Below are positions 1 through 16,403 of a stretch of 64,000 nt of DNA, piece by piece. The notes beneath the pieces were generated by a model, which made no database searches, was not told where the DNA came from, and saw only the letters and a list, made by a program, of their open reading frames with translations. The stretch's first letter is position 1. Each line of letters begins with the position of its first letter. Location: NCBI GenBank assembly GCA_010093995.1, contig ML992517.1, forward strand, positions 14,677 to 78,676, read 5' to 3'. A program made the position numbers and the translations under genes. Source of the DNA: Elsinoe ampelina. Lineage: Eukaryota.

Positions 1-471
1 GCCTCTAAAGAGCTAGGTTAGCGGATATAACCTCTAGATAAGGTACTACCTACGCTAGCGCTAGTATATAGCTCTTTAGCTAGATAGTTAAACTATAACG
101 AAAGTTATCTAGTACCTCCTCTAATAAGCTTAAGGAGTGCCTTAAAGAAGAAGAGACCGGCAGCGACGACAGAGGAGTAGAGGATATTATAATTACCTCC
201 TATACTGCCCTTAAAGGTTTCTTTATATAGCTAGAGTAATAGTTAGTTATAGAAGAAGAACACTTACGAGCTATAATTTAGTAACGTTAGTGTATACTAA
301 CTAGTCTATTACACCTTTTTTCAGCTTTAATTTCATTCAAATAGACAGCGTTGTTAAGCTATTCGACTCTATATTCTCTCTAGACCTCTAGCTAGCTAAT
401 TTTGGTAAGCAGAAGTCGGTGAAGAGTACCGCCAAGCCCGGGGTGGCTCGGTTGAACTCAAAACGACTGTA
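1..471. mobile_element. Right end of a RIP-degraded DNA transposon (probable Tc1/mariner-pogo superfamily), truncated by the window edge
   Basis: 1-~410 is AT-rich, rich in TpA, nearly devoid of CpA/TpG and has no ORFs. It ends in an unmutated GC-rich terminus ...GGGTGGCTCGGTTGAACTCAAAACGACTG followed by TA (470-471), as expected for a CAG-type TIR with a TA target duplication. The partner TIR is not in the window. Confidence 0.75.
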
Positions 472-702
472 CATGGTCACAAGTAAAGACAGAAAAATGG
501 TTGTCGCATACCATTATGTTTGCCCTATAAGCGAATAAAAGGTGAGAGGCGAGCTGCCTGTTCTCCACCAAACCTTATCTCAGTCCGGCATCATTCCCAT
601 TGTACTCGTTACACGTTCCTCTTCCGTTGCCGGTCTGTTATATATACACCCCGTCCTGATCCAGCACCTATCTGCCCTCATAGATTTCGCGTCTGCTCTA
701 TC

Positions 703-4653
<3,951 letters not shown>

Positions 4654-5590
4654 ATTCGCAGCCAGCTGGCACAAGCCAGGTGACGGTGAATTGAAAGCAA
4701 GATCTGATGAGCTTGTATTTTGGTGATGGAGCAGAAGTGTATGATTGCCTAGGTTTTGGCCTGCGCCCGCGGTCGGAGCGGAAGTGATGATCAAGTCACG
4801 CTACTCCAGAGAAACATTTCTCTGAAGATAGCGCAGGAAGAATCAGACGGATCTAAGTCGTGAGTGTTCTTTGATTGTCTGTCGCGTGTGTTGTGGTGGA
4901 GTACTTGTAAAGCGTGGTTCGTCAAGGGAAGTGAGTCTCCATGGTCCTCCTCTCTCTGGCCCCGACTTCTTTCCGCCAAGCTGGCGCTTTTAGTGTGCAA
5001 AATGACGATGCAATACACGATGAGAACAAAGGATCAATCTAGCGTTATTGTGATTGTCTGGTTTTGGCATACTACTTGTTTGTCTCTGAGATCATAGTCT
5101 GAAGTGTCCCAATGCAATGCGAATATTCTGACATCGCCCATGTCCATATGTTCGATACAAGAATAAGCTTCAACGCCGATGCATGTCCCAGCGTTCTCCT
5201 GCTGCTGAGAATGTACGGCCAGGACAAGAGGAATTTGGATACCCGAGTCATGTCCTATCCCTTACGATCATCATCACAGACAAACATACATTCACAAAAA
5301 TAGAGACAAACAAATCAGCCCGTAAAGTGTTCCCATACAGCGCCTTGCAAATCGTCAATGCGACCGATCAAGATGCGCCTCCATGCTAACGCTATGCTAA
5401 GCTCGGTAAAGACATGCTTCACTTTTTGATACGTGCCTTTGTGCGCCGGATGATATTACAGACGCCTGCCAGCTCCCGTCTCCAGCCCTCACCAGCCATT
5501 ACCTGCCGTGATCGTGGAGGTAGCCCATTCTTGTGTGGTCGAGCTCCAGTCCATCCCACAACCAGTCTGGTGTTCGTCTTGAGGACTCTC

Positions 5591-7163
5591 CTATGAGCCT
5601 CTTGGTGCACCGCGACCCCTGCCCCCTCTGCCTTCGCCACCGCCCCTCCTCTCACCGCGGTCGCCACGGTAGCCTCCTCCACGTTCACCACCCCTGTTGC
5701 CTCCCCTGTAGCCTCCACGACCACGTCCACGGCCCCTGTTGTCGCCCTCGCCACGCTGCGGCTGCTGCTTGTTGCCACCCCTGCGGCTTGGGACCTCACG
5801 GAACCCATCCTCCTTCTCTGCTGTTGGAGTAGCCTCCTTGCTTGCGACCTCGGCCGCGACGTCGTCTGCCCATGAGCTGGTCTGCTGGACTGCTGCTGGG
5901 ACGTGAGGAGTCTCGGTCTCTGCTGGGTCACGGGGAACGATCTCGTACGAGTCCTCGATATTCTCGGCGCCAGCGTCAGGTCCGTCGTTGTCCCAGGTAC
6001 GTCCGGCGGCCTTGTTGGCATTCTCATCGCCAGCAGAGATCTGTGCTGGAAGCTCGCCGCTCTCAGCAGCCTGAGGAGTGGCGGACTTCTCCTGGACACC
6101 GAGCTCGGTCAATCCAGCGTTTGCGATAGTGGGGTCACTCAAAGGGTCGATAGTGGTGTGTGTCTCGGTTGGCGGAGCAGTAGGTGCGGTGTCGTTGACA
6201 GCCTCAGTCCAGCTTTCCTCCGGGACGTATGGGGCGTGCTGAAGAGAGAGCTTCTTGATCTGGGAGTCTGCTCAAATGTTAGCAGTCGTGCAAGTATACC
6301 ACCTACAAACACCTACACTTGACGCTCAAAGTCTGGCCCTCAGTAGAAGGCACAGACTCATCAGCACCCTCCACAATGTTCTCCGCGGCCTGAACTGCCT
6401 TGTCATCACCTCCATAGACAAGCAACAGAGCACCCTCAAAAGCCTTGCTCTCCTCCGTGTCCGCCTCTTCCTCCACAATCCTCTTCGCAGCCGCTGCCCT
6501 CAAGAACTGAGAAAAGATGAGCAGCTTCTGCTTGATAATCTTGGAAGTCTGAGCCTCTGCCTCCTTCTTCGCGCTCTCTCGCACGCTAGCCAGCTCCGCC
6601 TCGTATTTGCGCTCCAATGCCTCTTTCTCCGAGTCCAGACGTGACTGGTACTCCGCGTCCACCTTCTTGTATTGCACGAGCTGCTCCTCGAGCTGAGTGA
6701 GCTGGGACTGCAGACCGGGTTTCTTGAGCGCTTGAGCTTTCTGGTCGGCGTTGATCTTCTTTGCGGCGATCAGGTCGTCAAGGGAGGACTTTGGGTTTTC
6801 GGCGATGATGGTGTCGACTTTGACCATGGAGTTCTAGACGCGTCAGTCCCTTAAGATTTCTGGGCTACATATGAGCTAGCTTACAAGCTTCTTGCTGATG
6901 TTGCGGATCTGCCTGTAGATGGTCAGTACAATGAGCTACACTGAGCATGCTCAATAGACTTACTTCTGAAGCTCTTTGATGTATGGGCTTTCGCTGCTGT
7001 GGTCGCCATTGGTGGTCGGAGCCTTGTCGTCGACAGGATCGCTCGTCGCTGAAGGCGTAGGCTCTGCAACTGCGGATTTGGCGGCCAACTCTGCCTTTTC
7101 CCTCTTCTTCCTGGCGCTCTTGGACTCTGTCGGAGCCGGTGGGTTCTCTACAGTTGCAGACAT
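5591..7163 (-). CDS. YAG7-like / caprin-like coiled-coil protein with C-terminal RGG repeats, spliced
   Basis: MSATVENPPAPTESKSARKK start at 7163, coiled coil with KKINADQKAQALKKP and FEGALLLVYGGD, and a terminal RGRGRGRGGYRGG tract. Three introns link ORFs 6960-7394, 6303-6827 and 5591-6142. Confidence 0.75.
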
Positions 7164-7484
7164 GGTGTCGCGTGACGTTTGTGCAATTGTGGTGTTGACT
7201 AGGTGATCGTAATTACTCTCAATCAGGTTTCCGTGAAGTAGAAGGTGAGATGTGCGATTTGTGTGTGTAATCAAGTTGTAGAGGTGCGGTCCAGCTTGTG
7301 ACAAAATTCGATGAAGCTTTGACGCCGTCAGAACCAAAACGAAGCACATGGCGAAAAGCAAAACTAAACTCTGTGACACATGATATTTGATCATAATATT
7401 TCATCAAATCTACTGATCTAGTTGCGACCGGCACTCTTTCCAATTGTGACCATGAATTCATATAGTTCGTCCCGCGAACTCCTC

Positions 7485-8921
7485 TTACGCAGAGCTATAC
7501 TGCTGGCACTGGCCGGGGAACTTTCGGTCCGTCACGGTCTCTCCAAGAATACCATGCTCCATCAGGTTCGCCAATCCCCATGTCCCCGGTGCCTTGTAGC
7601 TCCACAAGAACCACCCGGCGGCATTCGCCTCAAAGGTGTCAAGCTCTGCCTCCAAGAGTTTGGTGGTGGCGTCCCTCATTGGTTGTCTCCAGGTGGTCAT
7701 GTCGTCGACTGAGCACTGGCAGCCCTCTGTCGAGCACTGCTTGCCTGCAATCGAGCTGCCATCAGGGTTGACGCAGACAATTGTTTGTGCAGAGAACTCG
7801 CCGACGATGACCGGAACTTGAGTTTCGGATGGAACGAGATTGGTAGATGACCATTTGCAAGCCTTCTCGATGTGCTGCTCCTGCGTGAGCTGAGAGTCCG
7901 CATCGACTTGGTTCTGGTAAAGATGGGTGTCGATCCAGAAGGCAGGGTCACTAGCAGTGTTGCTGTTCAGCTCTTTGCCGAGATCTGCCCACTTCTTTGG
8001 TCCTTCGAAAGCGTCGTGCATGATGATCTTGTAAGGCACTTGTTGGCCGCTGGTCAATGACTGGAAGGTCGATTTCGCCCAATCGTGAGTCTTCTGTGGA
8101 TCAATGCTGTCAGACCAGCAGATTGGCTCGTTGACCAGCTGGATACCCCAGACGATGTCGGAGTATTCTTCCGTTCCGTAGATTGAGGTGATCTGCTCGA
8201 GCGCCGATACAGCTGCGTCCATGTTGTTGTCCTTCTGCCAGAGCGCTTGACCGGCTTGCCCCGAATTGTCGAAGCCGTTCTGACTGCCGGGAACGCCGTG
8301 GAGATCGATCAGCACTTGTAGATTGTTGTTCCTGGACCACTCAAGAGCGTCCTTAAGGTATTTGTCCGCGCCTGTCTTATAAGGCGTGTCATCGGAATGA
8401 TTGTATGCCCAGTAGCCGATAGGTATACGAAGGGTATTGATGCCCCAGGACGCGATCTTAGCAATGTCTTGCTCAGTGATGTAAGTACTCCAGTGCTTGT
8501 CGAGAGCTTCTTGGCTACCTTCAATCTGGTCGAACGTGTACTGGTCTTTGGCGTCGGCGAATGCGCCTTGGAAGACTTCTGGAGTCATCCACTTCTCTAA
8601 CACAAGCCAGCCACCAAGATTGACACCTCTGATCTTGTCAGGCGTGGTGGTCGTTGCCTCTTGACTGTCGGTCTCGGTTGCCTCATCTGTGGATTCATCA
8701 GAGTCTGAATCGGCGTCGCTGTCGCCGGAAGGGGTCGCTGGGAATCCACTCGTAGGGTCAATCGTTGAGTCAAGAGCAGTGACTGAAGCCGTGCCAGCAT
8801 CGTAGCCCACGGAGTTGCCATCGAGCGAAAGTGAAATGTCTCGTGCGAATGTTCGTGCGGGAAGAGCTGTGGTGGTAGTCGACCATAGAGCGAGGACAGT
8901 GGCGAGGTAAGCTGCATGCAT
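7485..8921 (-). CDS. Secreted GH5 exo-1,3-beta-glucanase (Exg1-like)
   Basis: Signal peptide MHAAYLATVLAL (ATG 8921), IRGVNLGGWLVLEKWMTP, LRIPIGYW, DLHGVPGSQNGFDNSG, acid/base VNEP and nucleophile IVGEFS. Confidence 0.92.
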   Translation of the reverse strand: MHAAYLATVLALWSTTTTALPARTFARDISLSLDGNSVGYDAGTASVTALDSTIDPTSGFPATPSGDSDADSDSDESTDEATETDSQEATTTTPDKIRGVNLGGWLVLEKWMTPEVFQGAFADAKDQYTFDQIEGSQEALDKHWSTYITEQDIAKIASWGINTLRIPIGYWAYNHSDDTPYKTGADKYLKDALEWSRNNNLQVLIDLHGVPGSQNGFDNSGQAGQALWQKDNNMDAAVSALEQITSIYGTEEYSDIVWGIQLVNEPICWSDSIDPQKTHDWAKSTFQSLTSGQQVPYKIIMHDAFEGPKKWADLGKELNSNTASDPAFWIDTHLYQNQVDADSQLTQEQHIEKACKWSSTNLVPSETQVPVIVGEFSAQTIVCVNPDGSSIAGKQCSTEGCQCSVDDMTTWRQPMRDATTKLLEAELDTFEANAAGWFLWSYKAPGTWGLANLMEHGILGETVTDRKFPGQCQQYSSA

Positions 8922-9641
8922 TGCGCCTGTTGTAATTGCGTAGAAGATATTGCTTGAAAATGGGATAGTGAATGAGCGAGTGAATGCTGGACCTGCCAGG
9001 CAAGAGTTCGTAAAGGAGTGTGATGATGGCCAAGCAGGCACTGTGAACGCAGCTATACAGAGAATGACTGAGAAAATGAATGAATGTGTAACAGAGAAAA
9101 CTACCACAATAGACGGAAAAGGGACATTAATCAATAGAGCCACATCAGGGTCTTCCCCTGGTCCCTGACAAAGATATCCTGGGCCAGATGAAAGATTCAC
9201 GCGTGTACGAAGGCGAATGAGATGCATTGACAGGTTCGAGCCACGCCATACGATTATCGTGAAAAGTGGATACATAAACGGGTCAGCCAGTACTCAGCGT
9301 CTAGAAGGCACTTGTGCCCAGTGCCACTCGCTGCCACATGTGAGAAGCTGCTTTGGATCGGTCTGACGGCAGCTGAATGTCGAGGATAGGGGCCGACGTT
9401 GATGCGATGTGGATGGGCAGGATTGAAGGATGTGAAAGGGAAGACCGCGGACTGGGCCTGCACGAAATAAGCTTTATGAGCCGGTCGATGTCCGACTAGC
9501 CAATCAGACGCCTCACTTTCATGCCGCTCCCAGCAGACCGAAACGTGCCCATTTTTATATGGCGGTGCGGCTCAGTGTGATCGTCACTTCGCTATGAAAG
9601 AAAAAATCCGATGCAAATCGGCCGCATACTCGATGATCTGC

Positions 9642-12600
9642 CTACAGCCACTTGCTCGTATCAAAAGTCGGTGGCAGAGTGATGATCGGCGACTCCACGG
9701 AACCTTTCATGGCCGCCGGGGTTACAACTGTCGACGCCACAGACGGAGGACTGGTAGTTGTTGCCACCACAGCGCCTGGCTTAGTGCGCCCATGACCTGA
9801 TACCGGCAAGGATGCGAAGCCCAGCTCCTCCATCTCCCCTTTGCAATCAGGACCTGCGCATTCGATCAAATCGAACACCTGCCGGAGCTCCTCCTCAGTA
9901 GCCCTGCGCGATGTATTGGTCCCCACGACGTAGACTTCGTCCAAGTCCGGCATGTCGGAGATGCCGCGCCTTGCAAGCGAACTAACCGGCGATTTCGCAT
10001 AGGATGCCCGGAATTTCTTGTAGCTCGGGTTCCGATTGTACCACGGGTCATTCGTGAGCAATGCGAAGCCAGGATCATCGACCGCCGCATGGGGGAGGCA
10101 AGGGTTGTCCAACAGGCCATCGTCCTCCGAGTTTGGCATGTTGGTGAAGACTATGGTGGCAATCGGTTGTGTCACTCGCAATGTTTGGGTCACCCAGACT
10201 GTGTGACGCGGACATCCTCTGTCCAGGGAGGTGTGACTGCCCAGCGTGGAAGTCGTCAATGACGTTGGGCACACCTTGAACTTGTTCCCTGTCCCACCAT
10301 TTTCTTTGCCGGGTAAAAGTCGAATCCAGACTCGCTTGTCTCTGGCTTGCCAGATGTCCGCAGGTGGCCATTCGTCTCTTTGACAAGACAGCTTCGGATC
10401 AAGGTGATTCATCCAGCCCCTGTGATGTTGCGAGTTGTACACATTCACTATAGGCCGCGGAGCTTGCATAGCTTTTCTCTCCGCACATGTCAGACGCCCA
10501 AGATCAGGCACCCGTTTGATGACAGACGAGTAATGGTGGCAGGCTTGTGGCGTGTCGTCACCGTTGCAGGTGATGGTCCTCACGATTTCGCTCGGAGCCT
10601 GGAACACCGGCGCCGCTGTCTTCGTCGTGGTTTTAAATTCTGCAGCCCGCTTCGCCAACGCGTTGCGGCAAGTCCTCGTTCTGGTGGGCGCCATGGTGAT
10701 TTCTCTTGGTGGAGGTCGATCGACTTTCGGCTGTAGTGGTTTATCGATCTTGAGCTCATGTTCTTCACCCCTGAAGTTGATACGAGCTCTGCCACTCTTG
10801 GCAATACCCTTTGCACATACATTCGTCAATGCGGGCATGGCAATTTGGGCAGCAATTCTTATCAAAAGGCCTGTAGCTGTCAGTCCATTGGCTGTCCATA
10901 CGTTCCTGATGACCGCACATACCAATGCCAGGGATCAAGGTCATTGGTGTGATAACAGCCATGATAAGGCCTCGACACACCAGCTTCGCCGCTGCTTCCA
11001 TCGCAAGATCCTCCGCTGCAGATTTCGCCTTGTCAATCGCGACATCTTTCACATCATCCTCGACCTGCTCCAGCGTAATTGGCGGTCTGAAGCCGCGACA
11101 ACAGTAGGTCTGCAGTCCGCCGGCACAATTGTGGTCCTTGATGCCTGTTCGGCTGTTTGTGTTCCGGGTAAGTGCAACCTCACCTTCGGCACAGCCACCC
11201 TGGCAGGACAAGCCCTCTCCACGGTAGCCACGCCATGTGCACTCTCCCATTGTTGACCCTTTTGTGCAGCAAAGTCGCCGATACTGTCTACGTGGGCATC
11301 TGTCCATAGTTGAGAGCTCACCTGGTTGGCCATTCATCTTCGAAGCCTCGAAGTCCGACGGAGGACAGAGTTCATCGCATCTGGTTGTATAACACAGACC
11401 CTTGGCGGCTTCGTCTTGATAAGCGAATTCAGCTTCTGCGATCTCCTCCTCAGAGAGCGGAGGGAGCTGTGGACTGATCTGCTTCTGGTCGACTTGGTCA
11501 ATTGCCCAGACCATGAGACCGCCTGTCATGTCAGTTGTGATTCACACTCAAAACCAAGACGTTACGTACCCAAGCAACGAGAGTTTGCGAACTCCCGTTT
11601 CTGCTGCAACGTTTCGTGGTCGTCGTAAGAAACCCATTGTGTATCGTCCCATGACGTCCCTGTTCACGTGTGAGCATCATTAGTGTCACGTAGAAGAGGC
11701 ATGACCTACATTTGACACCGGCCTTCTGGTCGTGCACTGGCTTCAGGCCATGCTGGTCGATTATCTCCAAGATTTCCCGCAAATTCAAAATACCCGATGC
11801 TCCTGAACATGGACCCGGTCGTGCACCGCCGGAGAAGCGACAAATTCCATCTGGCTTATTGCATTTTGGATCTGTCAGCGTGAAGCTACGTCCGTAGTCT
11901 GAATACAGTCAGTATGAGCAACGCTGTCTTCTCATGGACATACAGCCTTGTCCGAGGATGACTTTCTCGGGCTTAACACCTGCACGCCATAGCAGATCCA
12001 ATCCAAGATCGATCTCTGTCAAGTTGGTATGAGGGGCGATGAAAGGACCGACGAACTTTGAAGCGGCGTCCCAGGTACCATGCAAGTCGTATGACATGAG
12101 ATTGAACCAGTCCACATGAGGTTGATGTTCTGCCAGCTTGAAGTGTTGGAGATACCAGTACGACGCTGGTACCGTTATGGTGTAGCCGTAACGCTTTCCA
12201 AACGCCGCTTTGATATCTCGAGAGAGCAACACAAAGTTGGCTGAGTCTTGTGGTCGACCACCTCGATCGTCTGCGACAGTCAATAAGAAGTTTCCAAGAT
12301 ACGAGCAAGATTCACGCACTGGCCGTCGGATACTCCCAGTCTAGATCCAACCCATCGAAGCCATATGTGTTCATGAAACGTATCAGGCCGTCTATGAATT
12401 TCTTCCGATTTGCGGCGTTCATCGACATGTCGCTGAAAGCTTTCTGGAATGGTCCAGCTTCGGACGTCAGCTCGTGCCTTGACAGAACTATCGACAAACT
12501 CACGGTCGCTGAACGACCAACCGCCCACGCTTACCCACGTCTGCAAGCCCGGTTTCTTCTCCTTCAAGGCAGTGAAACGACCGAGCAGGGAAGCAGCGTT

Positions 12601-13300
12601 TTTGTCCATCGGGATAATCTGGAAGGTAATTGGATCGAAGAAGACAAAAGCAAAGTTGAGATGCTTGAACCCATCAAGGTTGAGGTCTTCCGGGGTTATC
12701 TTGCCGCAAGGACGGGTGTTAGCCCAGCTCTCGTAGTAGCCTATAGATCGTTTCCCAACACTGTTGCTGTCGTGTGGGCAACTTGGTCGGCGTACATTGC
12801 CGCAGCCTCCAAATCCAGTTTGACAGCCTGCAGAGACGTCACAGAAGTCGGGGGTCGATCCGCAAAACCTGGAGACTGTCAGGGATGAAGAATGCACGAG
12901 CAGAAAAACGAACCCGAATTTGGAGCAACAGACTCCGAGCGGACATTTCTGCTTCCCTGGTGCACCAAATTCGCCACACTCCGCTTTAGCGTTGCAATTT
13001 GAGGTGCAATTGCCAGGACCGCATTCGGAGGAAGAATACCCACAGAGGTTGGTCACCTATCACTTAGTCAGTCTAAGCTGCACCGAATCTATGGTCAACT
13101 CGTACTCCGCTGCAACAGGCACCATTGGGGCATGGAGTCTGCGCATTGCATGTACCGATCGGAAGGTCTAGCAATTGAGCATTTGGTCCGTTACCGAGCA
13201 GAGCAACCGGATGATCCAGGGCGACGTCCGTGTCTCCACGGGTAGGACTCAGCAGCCCACAAGCGGCGATGGCACCAAGAAGGAATTTCGTATGTCTCAT
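9642..13300 (-). CDS. Secreted subgroup-C (killer-toxin-alpha-like) GH18 chitinase with CBM18 hevein modules and a long C-terminal extension containing a NucA/NucB-like nuclease motif; about 8 introns
   Basis: Signal peptide, Cys-rich CPNGACCS and CPLGVCCSKFGFCGSTPDFC modules, SIGYYESW, intact catalytic FDGLDLDWEYP, MSYDLHG, WVSYDD and GGLMVWAIDQ. Introns I traced by hand keep the frame to the stop at 9642. Confidence 0.92.
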
Positions 13301-14228
13301 GGTGTCTGTGTAACAGAGACTGTTCTGCGTTCGAGGTTGGGACTGATGAAAAGTGGTGGATGAGGGATCATTGACAAGAACAAGAGAAAGTGAACATCAC
13401 CTTGATGGTCGCCTTCGTATGACCGAAAGTGATGTCGCAGTCGAGCTTGCATCAGGTATCGCTGTATCGTCCAGTGAGTGTCAATTTTTGAAGTTCTGAC
13501 GAAATTTGTCATAAGGGGCATGTATGTACAACACATGCTACTCCATCATACAACCTTCAATGGAGCTGGCTGTTCACTTAGCGATAACCTTGTCGTCGGG
13601 TCAATTTGAGATTATCGGGCTATGCTCTCGTCCAATTACCTCGAAGGAAGTGGCTCGCGGCTGTCTTCTGCACTACTAGCATGCAATCAGATGATGACAC
13701 GACGGCCGTCTACAAGGATGGCTGACAGATTATGTGTTTCAGAATACCAGAACCCTGTGTACGACTGTGGCTGCAGGTCGGACGCCTCGGGATCCACCTT
13801 GTGCGCTGCCTGAGGTCGAAACTGTCGTTCCCACCAATCGAGTGTTTTTCCACGGCCGCGAGCTGGTTGATAGCCAAGGAAAGGTGACCAGCCACAGCGA
13901 TCACGCTCTGTGGACGTTCACACATCTGATGCAGCTGCATTTGCTCGGAATTAGGATTATCACATTGACAGTTGCCGCAAGTTTGTGTCCAGGATCCTCG
14001 ATCACAAGTCCTAGACCCCGTAGCCAGCCCGTGCATCCTACCTGCTCTTTCAGACCAGTCTCCGGGCCATTGAACGACCACGCCTGCTGACAAAACATGG
14101 TGCTCTTGAACCCGCCTTGATGCATTGGTAGGTGGACGGATCGAAGAGGCTGCATATACTTGGAGAAGCAAGCTCGGTTTTCTTTGAGCTGTGACATGAT
14201 CACCCAAATTTGACGAAGTCCCAGAAAG

Positions 14229-16078
14229 ATGTTCTCCGATCCGAAAGTCGCGGTGATTCTACTTACCATAATAGCCACGAACGCTTTCCAGCTGTACCCT
14301 TTGGTGAGACCCGATGCATTCGGGGAACTGCTTAACATCAGTCAGAACTGCCTGGCTGCACTGTAAGAACCACGCCGATACTCTCAATATCGACGACTGA
14401 CAGTCGTCGAGAAACACTACTCTCAATTGCGATCCTGACTTGTTTCGTTGGACGTTGGCGGTGGACGATGTCTGGTGGAGTGTCGAGAACACGAGCACTC
14501 TCTGCACCGAGCAATGCAAGAATGACACACAAGTATGGATTGCCGGCGTCGAGGACGCTTGCTTCGATCAGGATATTCATGCCGCAGGCCGCATAGTCCC
14601 AGTCGAGACTGTCAGCTCCCGATACGTGGAGGGCTTCAACATTGCTTGCATGCAGTCGAGCTCTCAAGATTGGTGTCTCGTCGAGTCACAACGTTGGGTG
14701 GGATCCGAGATTGTCGGAAGTGATTGCGACTCGAATTCCAGTCTCGCGGTCTGCTCAAGCCTACCGAATGCAACAACAGCCAACCAACGAATCGCCAACC
14801 TGTACGAAGACAGCTTGCTTTGTTCAGAATGTTTTTTGAGAATGATGTATGCGCGGGTGACTTCCGAGTTCCTCCCAGATGCAGACTATTCGGACCATCT
14901 CGTGCAGGAGTTTCAGGACATTCAGGCCATCTGTCAAACCTCGGTGGGCGAGCTCACAACCAGGAATCTGCCATACTACGAGACAGCAACCACCACGGCG
15001 AGTCTTACCAGATTGGGTTCCAGTTCTGCAGCTACGTCTGCTGCATGCGCCGGCAAAATGGCAGACGTCCTGTTCGCAAGCTCGACGGTCCCATTCGAAG
15101 CTTGCAACGAGCTTGCAGCCAAATTCGGCGTCGCGACAGGTGCCCTCGTGTATGCAACAGGAACGGACGATTGCTATTCCCCTGATTTGGTGTGTGTTCC
15201 GCCACCCTGCGCAACAAGATTGGTGAAGGAGGGCGAAAATTGGTAAGTAAGCTGCACCCGTGACTGCGGTCGTTTGCTGACTCGGCAAAGCTCGAGCATT
15301 GCAGCAGCTATTTCCACCGAAAGTAGACCCGTGAGCGTGGCTCAGCTAGCCACGTGGAACCCACACATAATGGGCGCCTGCGACTATCTGCGAGTCGACC
15401 AACTTCTTTGCTCCGAGTGAGTCCTCCACTACCGGAAGAATTTAGAGATAGCTCACATCGTGAAGGCCACCCGGCGGTTTATGGGAAAGTCCACCGCCAA
15501 GCTCCTTACCCGAGAACGGCCATGGTCCGGTTCGAGGAGGGCCAGGAAGCACACCTTTGCTGCGAGAAGTCCTCAATCCTGAGAAGGCCCCAAGCTCTGT
15601 CCAGAATGGCATCGCCACGACATGCAACCGCTATGTTGTCGTCGACACTATCGAAGCATCGTGCTCGAAAGCTGCGAACGATGCTGGAATTTCGCAGGAA
15701 AGGTTGTTTGAGCTCAATCCAGTACTGGGCGCCTTCGGCGAAAAGTGTGATTCCCAGCTGTGGATGAGCTACTGGTACTGCGTCGGCGTGACAGACGGCG
15801 GCCCAGGAAACACGACATACAATGGTACAACAACGTCGCCAAGCCTGTCCAAACCTTTGAGAACGGTAGAGCCAAGCCCGATCCACCCCGGAATAGACTC
15901 AAATTGCAATCGGTGGATGCAAGCAGAGTCTGGAAGCACCTGCTGGAGCCTGGCTTCTGCCGCAGGCATCGACCTGAGTCTTCTGTACCAATGGAACGCA
16001 GTCTTGGGTGACACAGGTCGTCACTGCGAGACGCAGATCTGGCCAGGCTCTTTCTACTGCGTTGGGGTGGCTTCATAG
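14229..16078 (+). CDS. Secreted multi-LysM protein (fungal Cys-rich LysM effector type, about 4 LysM), 3 introns
   Basis: ATG 14229, MFSDPKVAVILLTIIATNA signal. Cys-rich N-terminal domain (LLCSECFL). LysM repeats CSSIAAA..VSVAQLATWNP..C..LLC, CSKAANDAGISQERLFELNP..CDSQLWMSYWYCV and CWSLASAAGIDLSLLYQWN..CETQIWPGSFYCV. Confidence 0.9.
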
Positions 16079-16403
16079 TCGACCAGATCAACGAGCTCCG
16101 CGTTGTAAGGAAGTCCACCTAGACCGGACAACTGCTGGGATATCGCTTTTGAAGGCACAATCGATCTGCCGCGGTTTCATAGCTTCAGTCTAGCTCCCGG
16201 CGCGAATGTGACGAAGGGTGGAAGCATGATCTGGTCTGGATATTCGTAGCGTGTGACCAATTGATTTTGCAGACACTTCTGTACTCCAACGTGATTTTTC
16301 AAGAGCTCAGAGCTCCGAGCGAAAGGTTGGGATGTTGCCACCTGATTGTGCCGCGACAGGAGAATTGGACTACCTATCGCTGAGACGTCCATCCTCTTGC
16401 TCA

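Noticed and set aside
8922..9275. N-terminal extension of the GH5 ORF
   Set aside because: The signal peptide starts at ATG 8921; the upstream part is likely 5' UTR.
13710..14207. ORFs between chitinase and LysM as a possible small toxin subunit
   Set aside because: No signal peptide or motif; several overlapping frames look equally random.
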